In this document: positions 9,212 through 19,849 of the stretch, in pieces
Layout: each line of letters starts with the position of its first letter
How positions within the stretch are numbered: the first letter of the stretch is position 1
Assembly (NCBI GenBank): GCA_003056145.1
Contig: LSNL01000003.1
Location: 73,993-137,992, forward strand
Length of the DNA: 64,000 nt
Direction of reading: 5' to 3'
Source: Parcubacteria group bacterium M10-OD1-1
Lineage (GTDB): Bacteria > Patescibacteriota > Minisyncoccia > Moranbacterales > UBA2206
Position numbers and translations under genes: made by a program
The notes under the pieces: generated by a model
What the model saw: only the letters and a program-made list of their open reading frames with translations
Database searches by the model: none
Told to the model about the DNA's origin: nothing

Positions 9212-9562
9212 AATTCTCCTCCTTGTGGATTTTGGGGAAAGGATTACCGATTCCCTTTAAGTAAAAAAAGGACCTAATCTGCAAAATTCGGTTGAATTTA
9301 CAGATTAAGTTAGTATATGCCATCATCATTATTAAGTCAAGAGCTCAGGTCCTAATCTTATTAACTAATTACAATAAATATTGCTAGTATTAACTCGGGT
9401 TTGATAAAATGCAGAATGTAAACTATACTTTGTTTGTGAGGTTAATTTTATTTTAGTATAGGTATAAAAATTTTTGGATTTACAAGAATATTATAGTTAA
9501 TTATACGGAGATTTGTTAAAAATATTTAGATGGATGAGGCATAAATACTAAAAATTAAATTT

Positions 9563-10960
9563 ATGAGTGATAAAAAAGAGAGTAATAAAATGGAAAAAAT
9601 TGTCGGTTGGGCGAAGAGAAGGGGTTTTGTTTTTCCGTCTAGTGAAATTTATGGTGGTTTCGGGGCTGTTTATGATTTTGGTCCTTACGGAGTAGAATTG
9701 GCAAAAAACATTAAGGAAAATTGGTGGAAAGTGATGGTGCAGGAAAATGAGAACATTATTGGCTTGGATAGTAGCATTTTTATGCATCCAAAGGTTTGGG
9801 AAGCTTCTGGACATGTTAGTGGTTTTAGTGATCCGTTAGCAGAATGTAAACAATGTCACAGTCGGTTAAGAGTAGATCATCTTTTGGAGGATATCGGTGT
9901 TTTTGCTGATGAAAAAATGAGTGATGAGGAAATTAATAAATTACTTGATGAAAATAGAGATGAAATTAAATGTCCAAAATGTGGAACAAAAGGTCAATTT
10001 TCTAAAGCGAAAAGTTTTAATCTCTTGGTAAAATCTAATTTGGGAAATTTTACAGAAGATTGGAATAAAGAACCAGCTTATTTGCGTGGCGAAACTTGTC
10101 AGGGAATTTATATCAATTTTAAAAATGTTTTGGATTCTACTCGACAAAAAATTCCTTTCGGAATTGCTCAAATTGGCAAAGCTTTTCGTAATGAAATCAC
10201 TGCTCGCCAATTCATTTTTCGCAAACGAGAGTTTGAACAGATGGAATTTCAGTATTTTGTTCATCCAAATGAAGCGATGAAAAGTTATGAGGAGTGGCGA
10301 GAACGGCGTTGGCAATATTATTTAGATTTAGGAATTAAAGAGGAAAATCTAAAATGGCATAAACACGAAAATTTGGTTTTTTACGCTAAGGCGGCGTGGG
10401 ACATTGATTATAATTTCCCGTTTGGTTTCAAAGAATTAGAAGGGATACATTATCGTACGGATTATGATTTAACTCAACATAGTAAATTTTCTGGTAAAGA
10501 TTTATCTTATCGTAATCCACAAACTAACGAAAAATATATTCCCCATATTCTAGAAGCATCGGTTGGCGTCGATAGAACTTTTTTAGCGGTAATTACTGAT
10601 GCCTATACGGAAGAAAAGTTGGAAGATGGAAATAAGCGAGTAATGATGAAATTTCCTAAGAAACTGGCACCAATCAAAGTGGCAATTTCCCCTTTGTTAA
10701 AAAATAAACCAGAATTAGTAACGAAGGCGCGGGAAATTTATAATAGTTTAAAATCGCAATATATGTGCGAATTTGATGACAATGGAAATATTGGAAAGCG
10801 TTATCGTCGGCAAGATGAAATTGGAACTCCATATTGTTTAACGGTTGATTTTGAGACTTTGGAAAATGATACTGTTACTATTCGTGACCGAGATACAATG
10901 GTGCAAGAAAGAGTTAAGGTTGAAAAATTGGAAGAATTTTTAAAAAATAAATTAAAATAA
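9563..10960 (+). CDS. glyQS: Glycine--tRNA ligase (alpha2 dimeric type)
   Basis: Class II aaRS motifs. N-terminus WAKRRGFVFPSSEIYGGFGAVYDFGPYG is typical of GlyQS. Confidence 0.9.
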   Translation: MSDKKESNKMEKIVGWAKRRGFVFPSSEIYGGFGAVYDFGPYGVELAKNIKENWWKVMVQENENIIGLDSSIFMHPKVWEASGHVSGFSDPLAECKQCHSRLRVDHLLEDIGVFADEKMSDEEINKLLDENRDEIKCPKCGTKGQFSKAKSFNLLVKSNLGNFTEDWNKEPAYLRGETCQGIYINFKNVLDSTRQKIPFGIAQIGKAFRNEITARQFIFRKREFEQMEFQYFVHPNEAMKSYEEWRERRWQYYLDLGIKEENLKWHKHENLVFYAKAAWDIDYNFPFGFKELEGIHYRTDYDLTQHSKFSGKDLSYRNPQTNEKYIPHILEASVGVDRTFLAVITDAYTEEKLEDGNKRVMMKFPKKLAPIKVAISPLLKNKPELVTKAREIYNSLKSQYMCEFDDNGNIGKRYRRQDEIGTPYCLTVDFETLENDTVTIRDRDTMVQERVKVEKLEEFLKNKLK

Positions 10961-10970
10961 TTTTAAATAT

Positions 10971-12368
10971 ATGAAAATCACACTTACGAATGAAAAAATA
11001 AAAGCTAAAAAATTTACCAAAATTTTATTTTCAGAAAAAAATGCGACAAATCGCTTTGTTATTAAAAATGAGCAAGAAATTTTGGAAATTAAAACTGTCA
11101 AAAAGGAAAAAATGAATAGGCGAAAATGGATTATTTTTGTGAGAGGGATTATCTTGGAAGCCAAAAAAAATAAACTTAAAAATATTGTAATTAACTGGGA
11201 AGAATTGATAAAATTTAATAATTTAGGCGAAGATTTGGAAAAACTTTTTGTAGAAAATGTGGAATTGGCAAATTATGAATTCTGTAAATACAAAAAGAAA
11301 CCGAAGGAGGGGTGGAGTAATCTTGAAGAAATAAAATTAATTATGGAGAGTGATAAGAAAAGTGTTTTCGAAAAAAAAATTCAAGAAGCTCAAATAGTTA
11401 TGGAACAGGTTAATCGTTGTCGTAATTTAGCTAACACTCCTGGTGGAGATATGACACCAGAAATTTTGGTTAAGGAGACACGAAAAATGATTGCAGGAAC
11501 GGGAATTAAAATTCAAGTATTGGACGAAAAACAAATTAAAAAAAATAGAATGGGAGGAGTTTTGGCTGTAGGAAGTGGTAGTCAATATAAGCCAAGATTT
11601 ATAATCCTAGAATACAAAAACGGGGGTAAAACTGAAAAGCCAATTGTTTTAGTTGGTAAGGGAGTAACATTTGATTCGGGTGGAATTGACACTAAGCCAC
11701 ATCCATATGCTTTAGAGATGATGATGGATATGAGTGGTGGATCGGCAGTTATTGGAACAATTGTGGCTTTGGCAAAATTAAAAGTTAAAAAAAATATCGT
11801 AGCGCTTATTCCAGCGGTGGAGAATATGCCAAGTGGAACAAGCTTTCGTCCAGGAGACATTGTAGAAATGATGGATGGCACAATGGTAGAGATTGGACAC
11901 ACTGATGCTGAAGGTCGTTTGATTTTAGCAGACGCTTTAACTTTAGCTAAAAAATATAAGCCGAGTAGGGTTATTGATGTAGCGACTTTAACTGGAGCAG
12001 CAGTAATAGCCTTAGGTGAGCGAGCCAATGCTATCTTTACTAATAATGATGAGCTAGCTAAATTAGTAGAAAGAACGGCTGAGAAAGTTGGCGATTTTGT
12101 TTGGCGATTGCCTTTATGGGAAGAATATGAAAGTGATATTAAAGGAAACTTTGGAGAAATTTCCAATATAAATACTAAGGCTAAATCAGGTTATGGAAGC
12201 CCAACTACGGCAGCAACATTTTTAAAACATTTTGCTAAAGATTATAAAAAAGAATGGATGCATATTGATATCGCTCCGAGAATGACGGCGGTTTATGACG
12301 AAAACCTTACTAAAGGAGCAACTGGAACGCCAATAAGAATGTTAGTAGAATTGTTAACTAAAATCTAA
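10971..12368 (+). CDS. pepA: Leucyl aminopeptidase (M17)
   Basis: NTPGGDMTP, VGKGVTFDSGGIDTKP and NTDAEGRL motifs. Confidence 0.85.
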   Translation: MKITLTNEKIKAKKFTKILFSEKNATNRFVIKNEQEILEIKTVKKEKMNRRKWIIFVRGIILEAKKNKLKNIVINWEELIKFNNLGEDLEKLFVENVELANYEFCKYKKKPKEGWSNLEEIKLIMESDKKSVFEKKIQEAQIVMEQVNRCRNLANTPGGDMTPEILVKETRKMIAGTGIKIQVLDEKQIKKNRMGGVLAVGSGSQYKPRFIILEYKNGGKTEKPIVLVGKGVTFDSGGIDTKPHPYALEMMMDMSGGSAVIGTIVALAKLKVKKNIVALIPAVENMPSGTSFRPGDIVEMMDGTMVEIGHTDAEGRLILADALTLAKKYKPSRVIDVATLTGAAVIALGERANAIFTNNDELAKLVERTAEKVGDFVWRLPLWEEYESDIKGNFGEISNINTKAKSGYGSPTTAATFLKHFAKDYKKEWMHIDIAPRMTAVYDENLTKGATGTPIRMLVELLTKI

Positions 12369-12448
12369 ACTTAATAAAATTAAGTTTAGATTAACAACTG
12401 AAAACTTCTAACTTTGTAATGTAACTTACGTTAAGAAAAAATATAATC

Positions 12449-13717
12449 ATGAACTATAAAAAAACTAAATTAAAAAATGGCTTGAGAGTGATAACTATTC
12501 CGATGGTGGGCACAAAAACTGTTACAGTAGTTACTATGGTCGGAGTAGGCTCTCGTTACGAAACAGAAAAAGAAGCTGGGCTTTCACATTTTATTGAGCA
12601 TATGTTATTTAAAGGAACTAAAAAACGTCCAACGGCTTTAGATATTTCTAGCGAATTAGACAATGTTGGTGGGGAATTTAATGCCTTTACTTCTAAAGAG
12701 ACTACTGGCTATTACGCTAAAGTAGATGCTAAACATATTAAAATAGCTTTAGATATTATTGCTGATATTTATCTTAATTCTAAAATAGAACCAAAAGAAA
12801 TAGAAAAAGAAAAGAGAACTATCTTACAAGAATTAAATATGTATGAAGATATGCCAATGCAAAATGTGGAAGATGTTTTTGAGAAATTACTTTATTCTGG
12901 AAATAGCCTAGGAAGAGAGATTATTGGTTACAAAAAAACCATTCAATTATTTCAGCGAAAAGATTTTTTGAAATATAAGAAGCGTTTTTATTTAGCTAAT
13001 GATACAGTAGTTTGTATAGCGGGAAAATTTGATGAAAAAAAAGTAATTACCCAGGTGAAAAAGTATTTTTCTACGATGTCAGAAGGTAGCAAGTCAGAAA
13101 TTATCTCAGTAGAAGAAAAACAAAAAATGCCTCAATCAAAAATTAAATTTAAGAAAACTGATCAAACTCATTTATCACTAGGGTTTAGATCTTACAAACA
13201 AAATCATAAAGATCAATATGTTTTATTTTTAATAGCTGTTATTTTAGGAGGGAATATGTCTAGTCGGATGTTTATAGAAGTTAGAGAGCGAAGAGGGTTA
13301 GCTTATTATATTAAAACAGGAAGAGAAAGTTTTATTGATTGTGGACATTTAACTACTAGAGCAGGAATAGAACATAAAAACTTGGAGCTAGCTATTGAAA
13401 CTATTTTAGGTGAATATCGAAAAATAGCTCAAGAAAAAATTTCTTTTAGGGAATTACAAAGAGCTAAGGATTATATCAAAGGAAAAACTATTATGGGAAT
13501 GGAAGCCTCTGATGAGGTAGCAATGTATTTCATTGAACAAGAAGTGACTAAAAAAGAAGTATTAACTATAGAAGAAAAATTTGAGCTTATTGATAAAGTT
13601 ACTCCAGATGATATACTAAGAGTAGCTCAGGATATAATCAAAAAAGAAAAGCTAAATTTAGCTATTATTGGTCCACATAAAAATAATGCAAAATTAAAAA
13701 GCCTATTAAAATTATAA
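12449..13717 (+). CDS. M16 family zinc peptidase (insulinase-like)
   Basis: HFIEHMLFKGT (inverted zincin HxxEH) near the N-terminus. Confidence 0.8.
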   Translation: MNYKKTKLKNGLRVITIPMVGTKTVTVVTMVGVGSRYETEKEAGLSHFIEHMLFKGTKKRPTALDISSELDNVGGEFNAFTSKETTGYYAKVDAKHIKIALDIIADIYLNSKIEPKEIEKEKRTILQELNMYEDMPMQNVEDVFEKLLYSGNSLGREIIGYKKTIQLFQRKDFLKYKKRFYLANDTVVCIAGKFDEKKVITQVKKYFSTMSEGSKSEIISVEEKQKMPQSKIKFKKTDQTHLSLGFRSYKQNHKDQYVLFLIAVILGGNMSSRMFIEVRERRGLAYYIKTGRESFIDCGHLTTRAGIEHKNLELAIETILGEYRKIAQEKISFRELQRAKDYIKGKTIMGMEASDEVAMYFIEQEVTKKEVLTIEEKFELIDKVTPDDILRVAQDIIKKEKLNLAIIGPHKNNAKLKSLLKL

Positions 13718-13721
13718 GCTT

Positions 13722-14750
13722 ATGGAAAAATTAAAAATAGAAATTTCAACTAAATCAATCATAAAAATCATGGCTGTTATTTTAGTCGGTTGGTTTTTAT
13801 ATCTAGTAAGAGATATTATTATTCTCTTTTTTATTGCTTTAATTATTGTTTCAGCTATTGATTCTACGGTTGATTGGTTACAAAAAAAGAAAATTCCTCG
13901 TTCGGTAGGAGTATCTATTATTTATTTGTTTTTAATTATTGTAACTAGTTTAGCGGTTTCTTTTTTAATACCTCCAATTGCTCATCAGTTTTCAGATTTT
14001 TCTCAAAACTTTCCCGCATATTATCAAAAGACTGAACATTTGCTTGGAACTACTTCTAATTTTTTTCAATCAAAACATATTAATGTTACTACGCAAAATC
14101 TTTTTGACAATATTAGCAATTGGATTTCACATATTCCACAGAATCTTTTCTCTACAACTATAGGTGTTTTTTCTGGCTTAGTCTCAGTAGTATCTGTTTT
14201 ATCAATAGCTTTTTATATGGCAGTGGAAGAAGACGGAATTAATAAATTGATAGCTTCAGTAACTCCTAGTAAGTATCAAAAATATATTGTTGATTTATCC
14301 ACTAGAATAAAATACAAAATTGGTAAATGGATGCAAGGGCAAATTTCTTTAATGCTAATAGTCTTTATCTTAGATTATATCGGCTTAAGCTTGGCTGGTA
14401 TTCCGTATGCTTTAGCGTTAGCTGTTATTGCTGGTCTTTTGGAGATTATACCTTATATTGGTCCAATTATTTCGGCTGTACCTGGAGCTATTTTAGGATT
14501 TTTAATTTCTCCGATTAAAGGTATTTTAGCAATCTTAGTTTATTTCATAGTACAACAAACTGAGAGTAATGTTTTAACTCCTTTAATTATGAAAAAGGCT
14601 GTTGGTCTAAACCCAGCAGTAGTTATTATAGTTCTTTTAATTGGGGCAAAGCTGGCAGGAATTACGGGAGCTATTTTAGCTGTACCAATTGCTACAGCGA
14701 TAGGACTTTTTATTAGAGATTTATTCTTTAAAGAAAATCAAAAAAATTAG
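13722..14750 (+). CDS. AI-2E family transporter (UPF0118/PerM-like)
   Basis: Eight predicted TM segments and a conserved IPYIGP motif near the C-terminus. Confidence 0.65.
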   Translation: MEKLKIEISTKSIIKIMAVILVGWFLYLVRDIIILFFIALIIVSAIDSTVDWLQKKKIPRSVGVSIIYLFLIIVTSLAVSFLIPPIAHQFSDFSQNFPAYYQKTEHLLGTTSNFFQSKHINVTTQNLFDNISNWISHIPQNLFSTTIGVFSGLVSVVSVLSIAFYMAVEEDGINKLIASVTPSKYQKYIVDLSTRIKYKIGKWMQGQISLMLIVFILDYIGLSLAGIPYALALAVIAGLLEIIPYIGPIISAVPGAILGFLISPIKGILAILVYFIVQQTESNVLTPLIMKKAVGLNPAVVIIVLLIGAKLAGITGAILAVPIATAIGLFIRDLFFKENQKN

Positions 14751-14768
14751 TTTGATGAATTAACTTTT

Positions 14769-15461
14769 ATGAAAGCAGGAACACTATATATAGTTGCCAC
14801 TCCGATTGGTAATTTAAAAGATATTACTTATAGAGCTGTAGAAACTTTAAAAAAGGTTGATTTAATTGTTTGTGAGGACACTAGAACATCTAAAAAGCTT
14901 TTAAATAATTATGAAATAGTCACTCCTGTCTGGTCTTTTTATCGAAATATTCATAAAGGAGGAGCTATTAAACCAGTTCCTAAGTTAAAATCAATTTTAG
15001 AGAAGCTTCAAACAGGAAAAGAAGTAGCTTTAATAACTGATGCTGGTACACCTGGAATTTCTGATCCTGGTAATCAATTAGTGGAGATAGCTATTAAAAA
15101 TGAAATAACTGTAGTTCCAATTCCAGGATCTTCAGCTTTAATTTCTTTAGCTAGTATTTCAGGAATTGATTTATCACAATTTATTTTTTTAGGGTTTCCG
15201 CCACATAAAAAAGGAAGAGAGACTTTTTTTAAGGAAGTCTTAGCTTTAAAATATCCAGTTATTTATTATGAATCTCCTCATCGCTTAATTAAAAACTTAG
15301 AGCTTTTAAAAAGGCTTCAATCAACAAAAAATATTATTTTAGGTCGGGAATTGACTAAAATGTTTGAAGAAATAGTCAGAGGAACAGTAGAAGAAATACT
15401 GATTTATTTTAATAATTTTCAAAATAAAGTAAAAGGAGAAATAGTTATTATAATTTATTAA
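14769..15461 (+). CDS. rsmI: 16S rRNA (cytidine1402-2'-O)-methyltransferase RsmI
   Basis: LYIVATPIGNLKDIT...VCEDTR tetrapyrrole-methylase-like N-terminus. Confidence 0.8.
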   Translation: MKAGTLYIVATPIGNLKDITYRAVETLKKVDLIVCEDTRTSKKLLNNYEIVTPVWSFYRNIHKGGAIKPVPKLKSILEKLQTGKEVALITDAGTPGISDPGNQLVEIAIKNEITVVPIPGSSALISLASISGIDLSQFIFLGFPPHKKGRETFFKEVLALKYPVIYYESPHRLIKNLELLKRLQSTKNIILGRELTKMFEEIVRGTVEEILIYFNNFQNKVKGEIVIIIY

Positions 15462-15472
15462 GAAACTTAAGC

Positions 15473-16903
15473 ATGCAAGAAAAATTTTACATTACTACAA
15501 CTTTACCTTATGTTAATGCAGAACCACATATTGGTTTTGCTAGTGAAATAATTATGGCGGATGCTCGGTCTCGTTTTGAAAAATCTTTAGGCAAGGAAGT
15601 AGTTTTTAACACTGGAACGGATGAACATGGTGTGAAAATTTGGCAAAAAGCTCAAACTAAAGGACAAGGAACTCAAGAATATGTTAACGAATACGCTCAA
15701 AAATTTGATCAATTAAAACAATTATTAAATCTCAGTTATACTAATTTTACTAGAACAACTAATAAACATCATGAAAAATCTGCTCAAGAAATTTGGAGGA
15801 GAGTAGAGAAAAATGGATATATCTATAAAAAGCAGTACGAAATTAAATATTGTATAGGGTGTGAGTTGGAGAAGACTGATAGTGAATTAGAAAAAGGTTG
15901 TTGTCCTTTTCATCCAGGAAAAGAATTAGAAATAATAAAAGAGGAAAATTATTTTTTTAGATTTAGCCAATTTCAAAAAAAACTTTTAAAATTATATAAA
16001 GAAAATCCTACCTTTGTAGTGCCTGAAAAAAGGTTTAATGAAATTAAATCTTTTGTAAAACGAGGTTTGGAGGATTTTTCTATTTCTCGTTTAAAAGAAA
16101 AGATGCCGTGGGGAATTGCTGTACCAGACGATGACACTCAAGTAATATATGTTTGGTTCGATGCTTTAATAAACTACATTTCTACCTTAGGCTGGCCGGA
16201 AGATGAAAAAAAATTTAGAAAATTTTGGGGAACCAAAGAAAAGCCCCAGGCTGTTCAAATTGCTGGCAAAGATAATCTTCGTCAACAATCTGCAATGTGG
16301 CAGGCGATGTTAATGGCAGCTGATTTGCCAACTAGTCAACAAATTTTTATCAATGGTTTTATTAGTGTTGACGGTCAAAAAATGAGTAAATCAATTGGAA
16401 ATGTAATTTCTCCTAAAGAAATGGTGGATAAATTTGGTAAAGATGGAACTAGGTATTTATTATTAGCTAAGGGAACCTTTGGAGAAGATAGTGATATTTC
16501 TTGGAAAAAGTTTATACTCAAATATAATGCTGATTTAGCTAATGGTCTTGGGAATTTAACAGCTAGAATCATAAAGTTAGGAGAAAATATTAAATTTAAT
16601 TTAAAAGATATCCAATATGAAGTAAGTCTTCAAACTAAAAATAATTTTGAGCTAATGAATTTAGATAAGGAGTTAGAAGATATAATTAAACGAGTTAAAG
16701 AGGCTAATCAACTTATTGAAAAAACTAAACCTTGGGAGTTAGCAAAAAACAAAGTGGTTGAATTTGAAAAAATTATGCGAGAACTTTTGACAGAATTGTT
16801 CATTATTAGCCAAAAATTAGAACCATTGATGCCTGAAACTGCAGAAAAAATAAAAGTAGCCCTAGAAACAAAAGAAAGAATTATTTTGTTTAAGAGAATA
16901 TAA
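15473..16903 (+). CDS. metG: Methionine--tRNA ligase (short form)
   Basis: Class I signature (PHIGFA, a HIGH variant), KMSKS, and the Zn knuckle CIGC...CPFH. Confidence 0.85.
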   Translation: MQEKFYITTTLPYVNAEPHIGFASEIIMADARSRFEKSLGKEVVFNTGTDEHGVKIWQKAQTKGQGTQEYVNEYAQKFDQLKQLLNLSYTNFTRTTNKHHEKSAQEIWRRVEKNGYIYKKQYEIKYCIGCELEKTDSELEKGCCPFHPGKELEIIKEENYFFRFSQFQKKLLKLYKENPTFVVPEKRFNEIKSFVKRGLEDFSISRLKEKMPWGIAVPDDDTQVIYVWFDALINYISTLGWPEDEKKFRKFWGTKEKPQAVQIAGKDNLRQQSAMWQAMLMAADLPTSQQIFINGFISVDGQKMSKSIGNVISPKEMVDKFGKDGTRYLLLAKGTFGEDSDISWKKFILKYNADLANGLGNLTARIIKLGENIKFNLKDIQYEVSLQTKNNFELMNLDKELEDIIKRVKEANQLIEKTKPWELAKNKVVEFEKIMRELLTELFIISQKLEPLMPETAEKIKVALETKERIILFKRI

Positions 16904-16944
16904 CAGTAAATTACAGTGAGCTATTATTTTGTTGTGAAAAAGCT

Positions 16945-17781
16945 ATGATAATTGATGCCCATACTCATTTAGATGATCAGCAGTTTGATAATGATCGCCC
17001 AGCTGTGATTGAGCGAGCTTTTGCTAGTGGAGTAGAAAAAATAATTAATATTGGTGCTGGAATTGGGAGCTCTGAACGATCAGTTAAATTGGCTCAAAAA
17101 TATAAAAATATTTACGCCTCGGTTGGTTTGCATCCTAGTTATTTTGACCAATATCAAGAGAAAAGCTTTAATTACTTTAGTAGATTAGAAGAACTAGCTA
17201 AAGAAGAAAAAGTAGTGGCTATCGGAGAAATTGGATTGGAATATTTTAGACATAATGAAAAACTAATAACTGAGCAAGAAAAAGTAAACCAACAAAAAGG
17301 ATTTATTGCTCAATTAGAGTTAGCTCAAAAATTAAATCTTCCAGTGATTATTCATTGTCGAGGAGCTAAAGCAGAAAGAGGTAAAAAATATAGAGAAACA
17401 AGTGAAGCTTATGAAGACATTTTAGAGATTATCAATAATTTTTCTCAGCTAAAATATGTTTTTCATGGTTTTAGTGGACGATTAAGTTTTACTAAAAAAG
17501 TTTTATTATTAAAGAATGTTAATTTTTCGTTTACTGGTAATATTACTTATGCTAAATCAGAGACAGAAATTTTAACAGTGATTAAAACTATTCCATTAGA
17601 AAGAATAATAGTAGAAACTGATTGTCCTTATTTAGCTCCAGTACCAAAAAGAGGAAAAAGAAATGAGCCCAGCTATGTTATTTATGTAGCAGAAAAAATA
17701 GCAGAGATAAAAAAAATTAGTAAATCAATCGTATTTAAAAAAACTAGAGAAAATACTAAAAATTGGTTTAATTTAGGCTAA
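16945..17781 (+). CDS. tatD: TatD family deoxyribonuclease/hydrolase
   Basis: MIIDAHTHLDD N-terminus. Confidence 0.85.
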   Translation: MIIDAHTHLDDQQFDNDRPAVIERAFASGVEKIINIGAGIGSSERSVKLAQKYKNIYASVGLHPSYFDQYQEKSFNYFSRLEELAKEEKVVAIGEIGLEYFRHNEKLITEQEKVNQQKGFIAQLELAQKLNLPVIIHCRGAKAERGKKYRETSEAYEDILEIINNFSQLKYVFHGFSGRLSFTKKVLLLKNVNFSFTGNITYAKSETEILTVIKTIPLERIIVETDCPYLAPVPKRGKRNEPSYVIYVAEKIAEIKKISKSIVFKKTRENTKNWFNLG

Positions 17782-17959
17782 AAGACAAATATTAAAAGGG
17801 AAAAAGCCAATTGATTGCTTTATTAGAAAAAATTAAATTAAAAGAAATAGAAAAATAAAAAAATAAAAAAGATTATTTTGAGATAGTTGACAGTTCTTTA
17901 ATTTTAAGCAACAATTAAGAGGGTTGTTTTTCAACACTTTTTTATTTTAAGACAGAACA

Positions 17960-18190
17960 TTGACGAAGAATGATAAAAAAAATAATATATCCTTTTCGGC
18001 TTTATCTTTAGCGTGGGAATTAGGTTATTCAATTGCTATCCCGTTAGTAGGATTGGCTTTAGGGGGAAGAATTTTGGATAAAAAATTTGGTACTTCGCCT
18101 TTTTTATTGCTAACTGGTATTCTTATTTCAATTATTGCTTCAACCTATATAGTTTACAAAAAAACTACCAATATAATGAATAAAAAATAA
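17960..18190 (+). CDS. AtpZ/AtpI-family small membrane protein preceding atpB (TTG start)
   Basis: Two TM helices with a LALGGRILDKKFGTSPF-type motif. Its stop overlaps the atpB ATG. Confidence 0.5.
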   Translation: MTKNDKKNNISFSALSLAWELGYSIAIPLVGLALGGRILDKKFGTSPFLLLTGILISIIASTYIVYKKTTNIMNKK

Positions 18191-18942
18191 TGGATATTTC
18201 ACTTACACCTGAAACAATATTTCATTTTGGGTCATTCCCAATCACAAATACATTATTGATAACTTTAATTATTAGTGCGATTATTATTGTTACTTCTCTT
18301 TTTTTGAAAAAAAATTTAAAGATTATTCCTACTGGTTTTCAAAATATTATAGAATATATTTTAGAATCATTTTTAAATTTGATAGATAGTGTTACTCATG
18401 ACCGGGAACAAACGAAAAAATTTTTCCCATTAGTAGTAACTATTTTTATTTTTATTATCCTGTCTAATTGGGTTGAGCTAGTTCCTGGTTTAGGAACGAT
18501 TGGAATAAATGTAGCTAAAAATGGGCATTCATCGTTTATTCCTTTTATTAGAAGTTCATCAGCAGATTTGAATGTTACTTTAGCAATTGCTTTGATTTCA
18601 GTTTTTTCAGCTCAATTTATGGGAATTGCGGCTATCGGAGCCGTTAAATATGCTGGTAAGTTTTTTGTTAATCCTTTTCGTAAACCATATTTTATCGGAA
18701 CTTTTGTTGGAGTATTAGAATTGATTAGTGAGGTAGCTAAAGTTATATCCTTTTCTTTTCGTCTTTTCGGAAATATTTTTGCTGGAGAAGTTCTTTTATT
18801 AGTAATGTTGGAGTTAGTTCCTTATTTTGTTCCAGTACCATTTTTGTTTTTAGAATTATTTGTTGGTTTTATTCAAGCGTTAGTATTCGCTATGTTAACC
18901 TTAGTATTTTTAAAAATAGCGGTAACAGAGACTAGTCATTAA
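18190..18942 (+). CDS. atpB: F0F1 ATP synthase subunit a
   Basis: FRLFGNIFAGE motif. Confidence 0.9.
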   Translation: MDISLTPETIFHFGSFPITNTLLITLIISAIIIVTSLFLKKNLKIIPTGFQNIIEYILESFLNLIDSVTHDREQTKKFFPLVVTIFIFIILSNWVELVPGLGTIGINVAKNGHSSFIPFIRSSSADLNVTLAIALISVFSAQFMGIAAIGAVKYAGKFFVNPFRKPYFIGTFVGVLELISEVAKVISFSFRLFGNIFAGEVLLLVMLELVPYFVPVPFLFLELFVGFIQALVFAMLTLVFLKIAVTETSH

Positions 18943-19057
18943 TTAAAAGTTTACAAATTGAGAGTATTTTATAAACAGTTAATTTCTGATTAGTAATCAG
19001 AGAAAGTTAATAATTTTTTAATATTAATTTCTAGTGACCATCGGTGAAGTGGGCTAG

Positions 19058-19303
<246 letters not shown>

Positions 19304-19363
19304 TTATTGAAATAGCTCCAAATATTTGGAGCTAGAATGAGTAACTAAGTTAAAACTAAAAAA

Positions 19364-19849
19364 ATGGAATTGTTAAATAATTTAGGAGTTAATGGAAAAT
19401 TATTGTTAGCGCAATTAGTCAATTTTGCGATTTTAATTTGGGTATTACACAAATTTGCTTATGGACCTATTTTAAAATTACTAGAAACTAGAACTAAAAA
19501 AATAGAAAAAGGATTAAAGGATGCAGAAAAATCACAAAAAAAACTAGCTGAGATTGAAGAAAAAGAAGAAAAAGTTTTAGTGAAAGCGAGAAAAAAAGCT
19601 CAAGAAATAATTAAAAAAGCGGAAGAATTAGCAGTAGAAAATGCTAACGAAATAGTGATTGTAGCGAAAGAACAAACAGAAAAAATGTTAGATATCAGTC
19701 AAAAACAAATTAAACAAGAAAAAGAAAAAATTTTAAGAGAAGTTAAATCCGAAATTGCTACCTTAGTAGTTTCGGCTTCTGAGAAAATAATTGGGGAAAA
19801 ATTAGATAGTGAAAAAGATCAAGAATTAATTAAACATAGTTTAAAATGA
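19364..19849 (+). CDS. atpF: ATP synthase subunit b
   Basis: N-terminal TM plus a charged coiled coil. Operon position. Confidence 0.8.
   Translation: MELLNNLGVNGKLLLAQLVNFAILIWVLHKFAYGPILKLLETRTKKIEKGLKDAEKSQKKLAEIEEKEEKVLVKARKKAQEIIKKAEELAVENANEIVIVAKEQTEKMLDISQKQIKQEKEKILREVKSEIATLVVSASEKIIGEKLDSEKDQELIKHSLK

Noticed and set aside
9212-9560. The 330-bp ORF-free spacer examined for RNase P RNA, tmRNA, SRP RNA or a riboswitch
   Set aside because: I could not recognise any conserved core motif by eye, such as the RNase P P4 sequence, a tmRNA tag reading frame with a tRNA-like end, or the SRP GNAR tetraloop helix. Left as unexplained non-coding DNA pending a covariance-model scan.
17782-17960. 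TTGACA at 17887-17892 as the atp operon promoter
   Set aside because: No acceptable -10 hexamer at 16-19 bp spacing (best is aacaat). Not reported as a feature.
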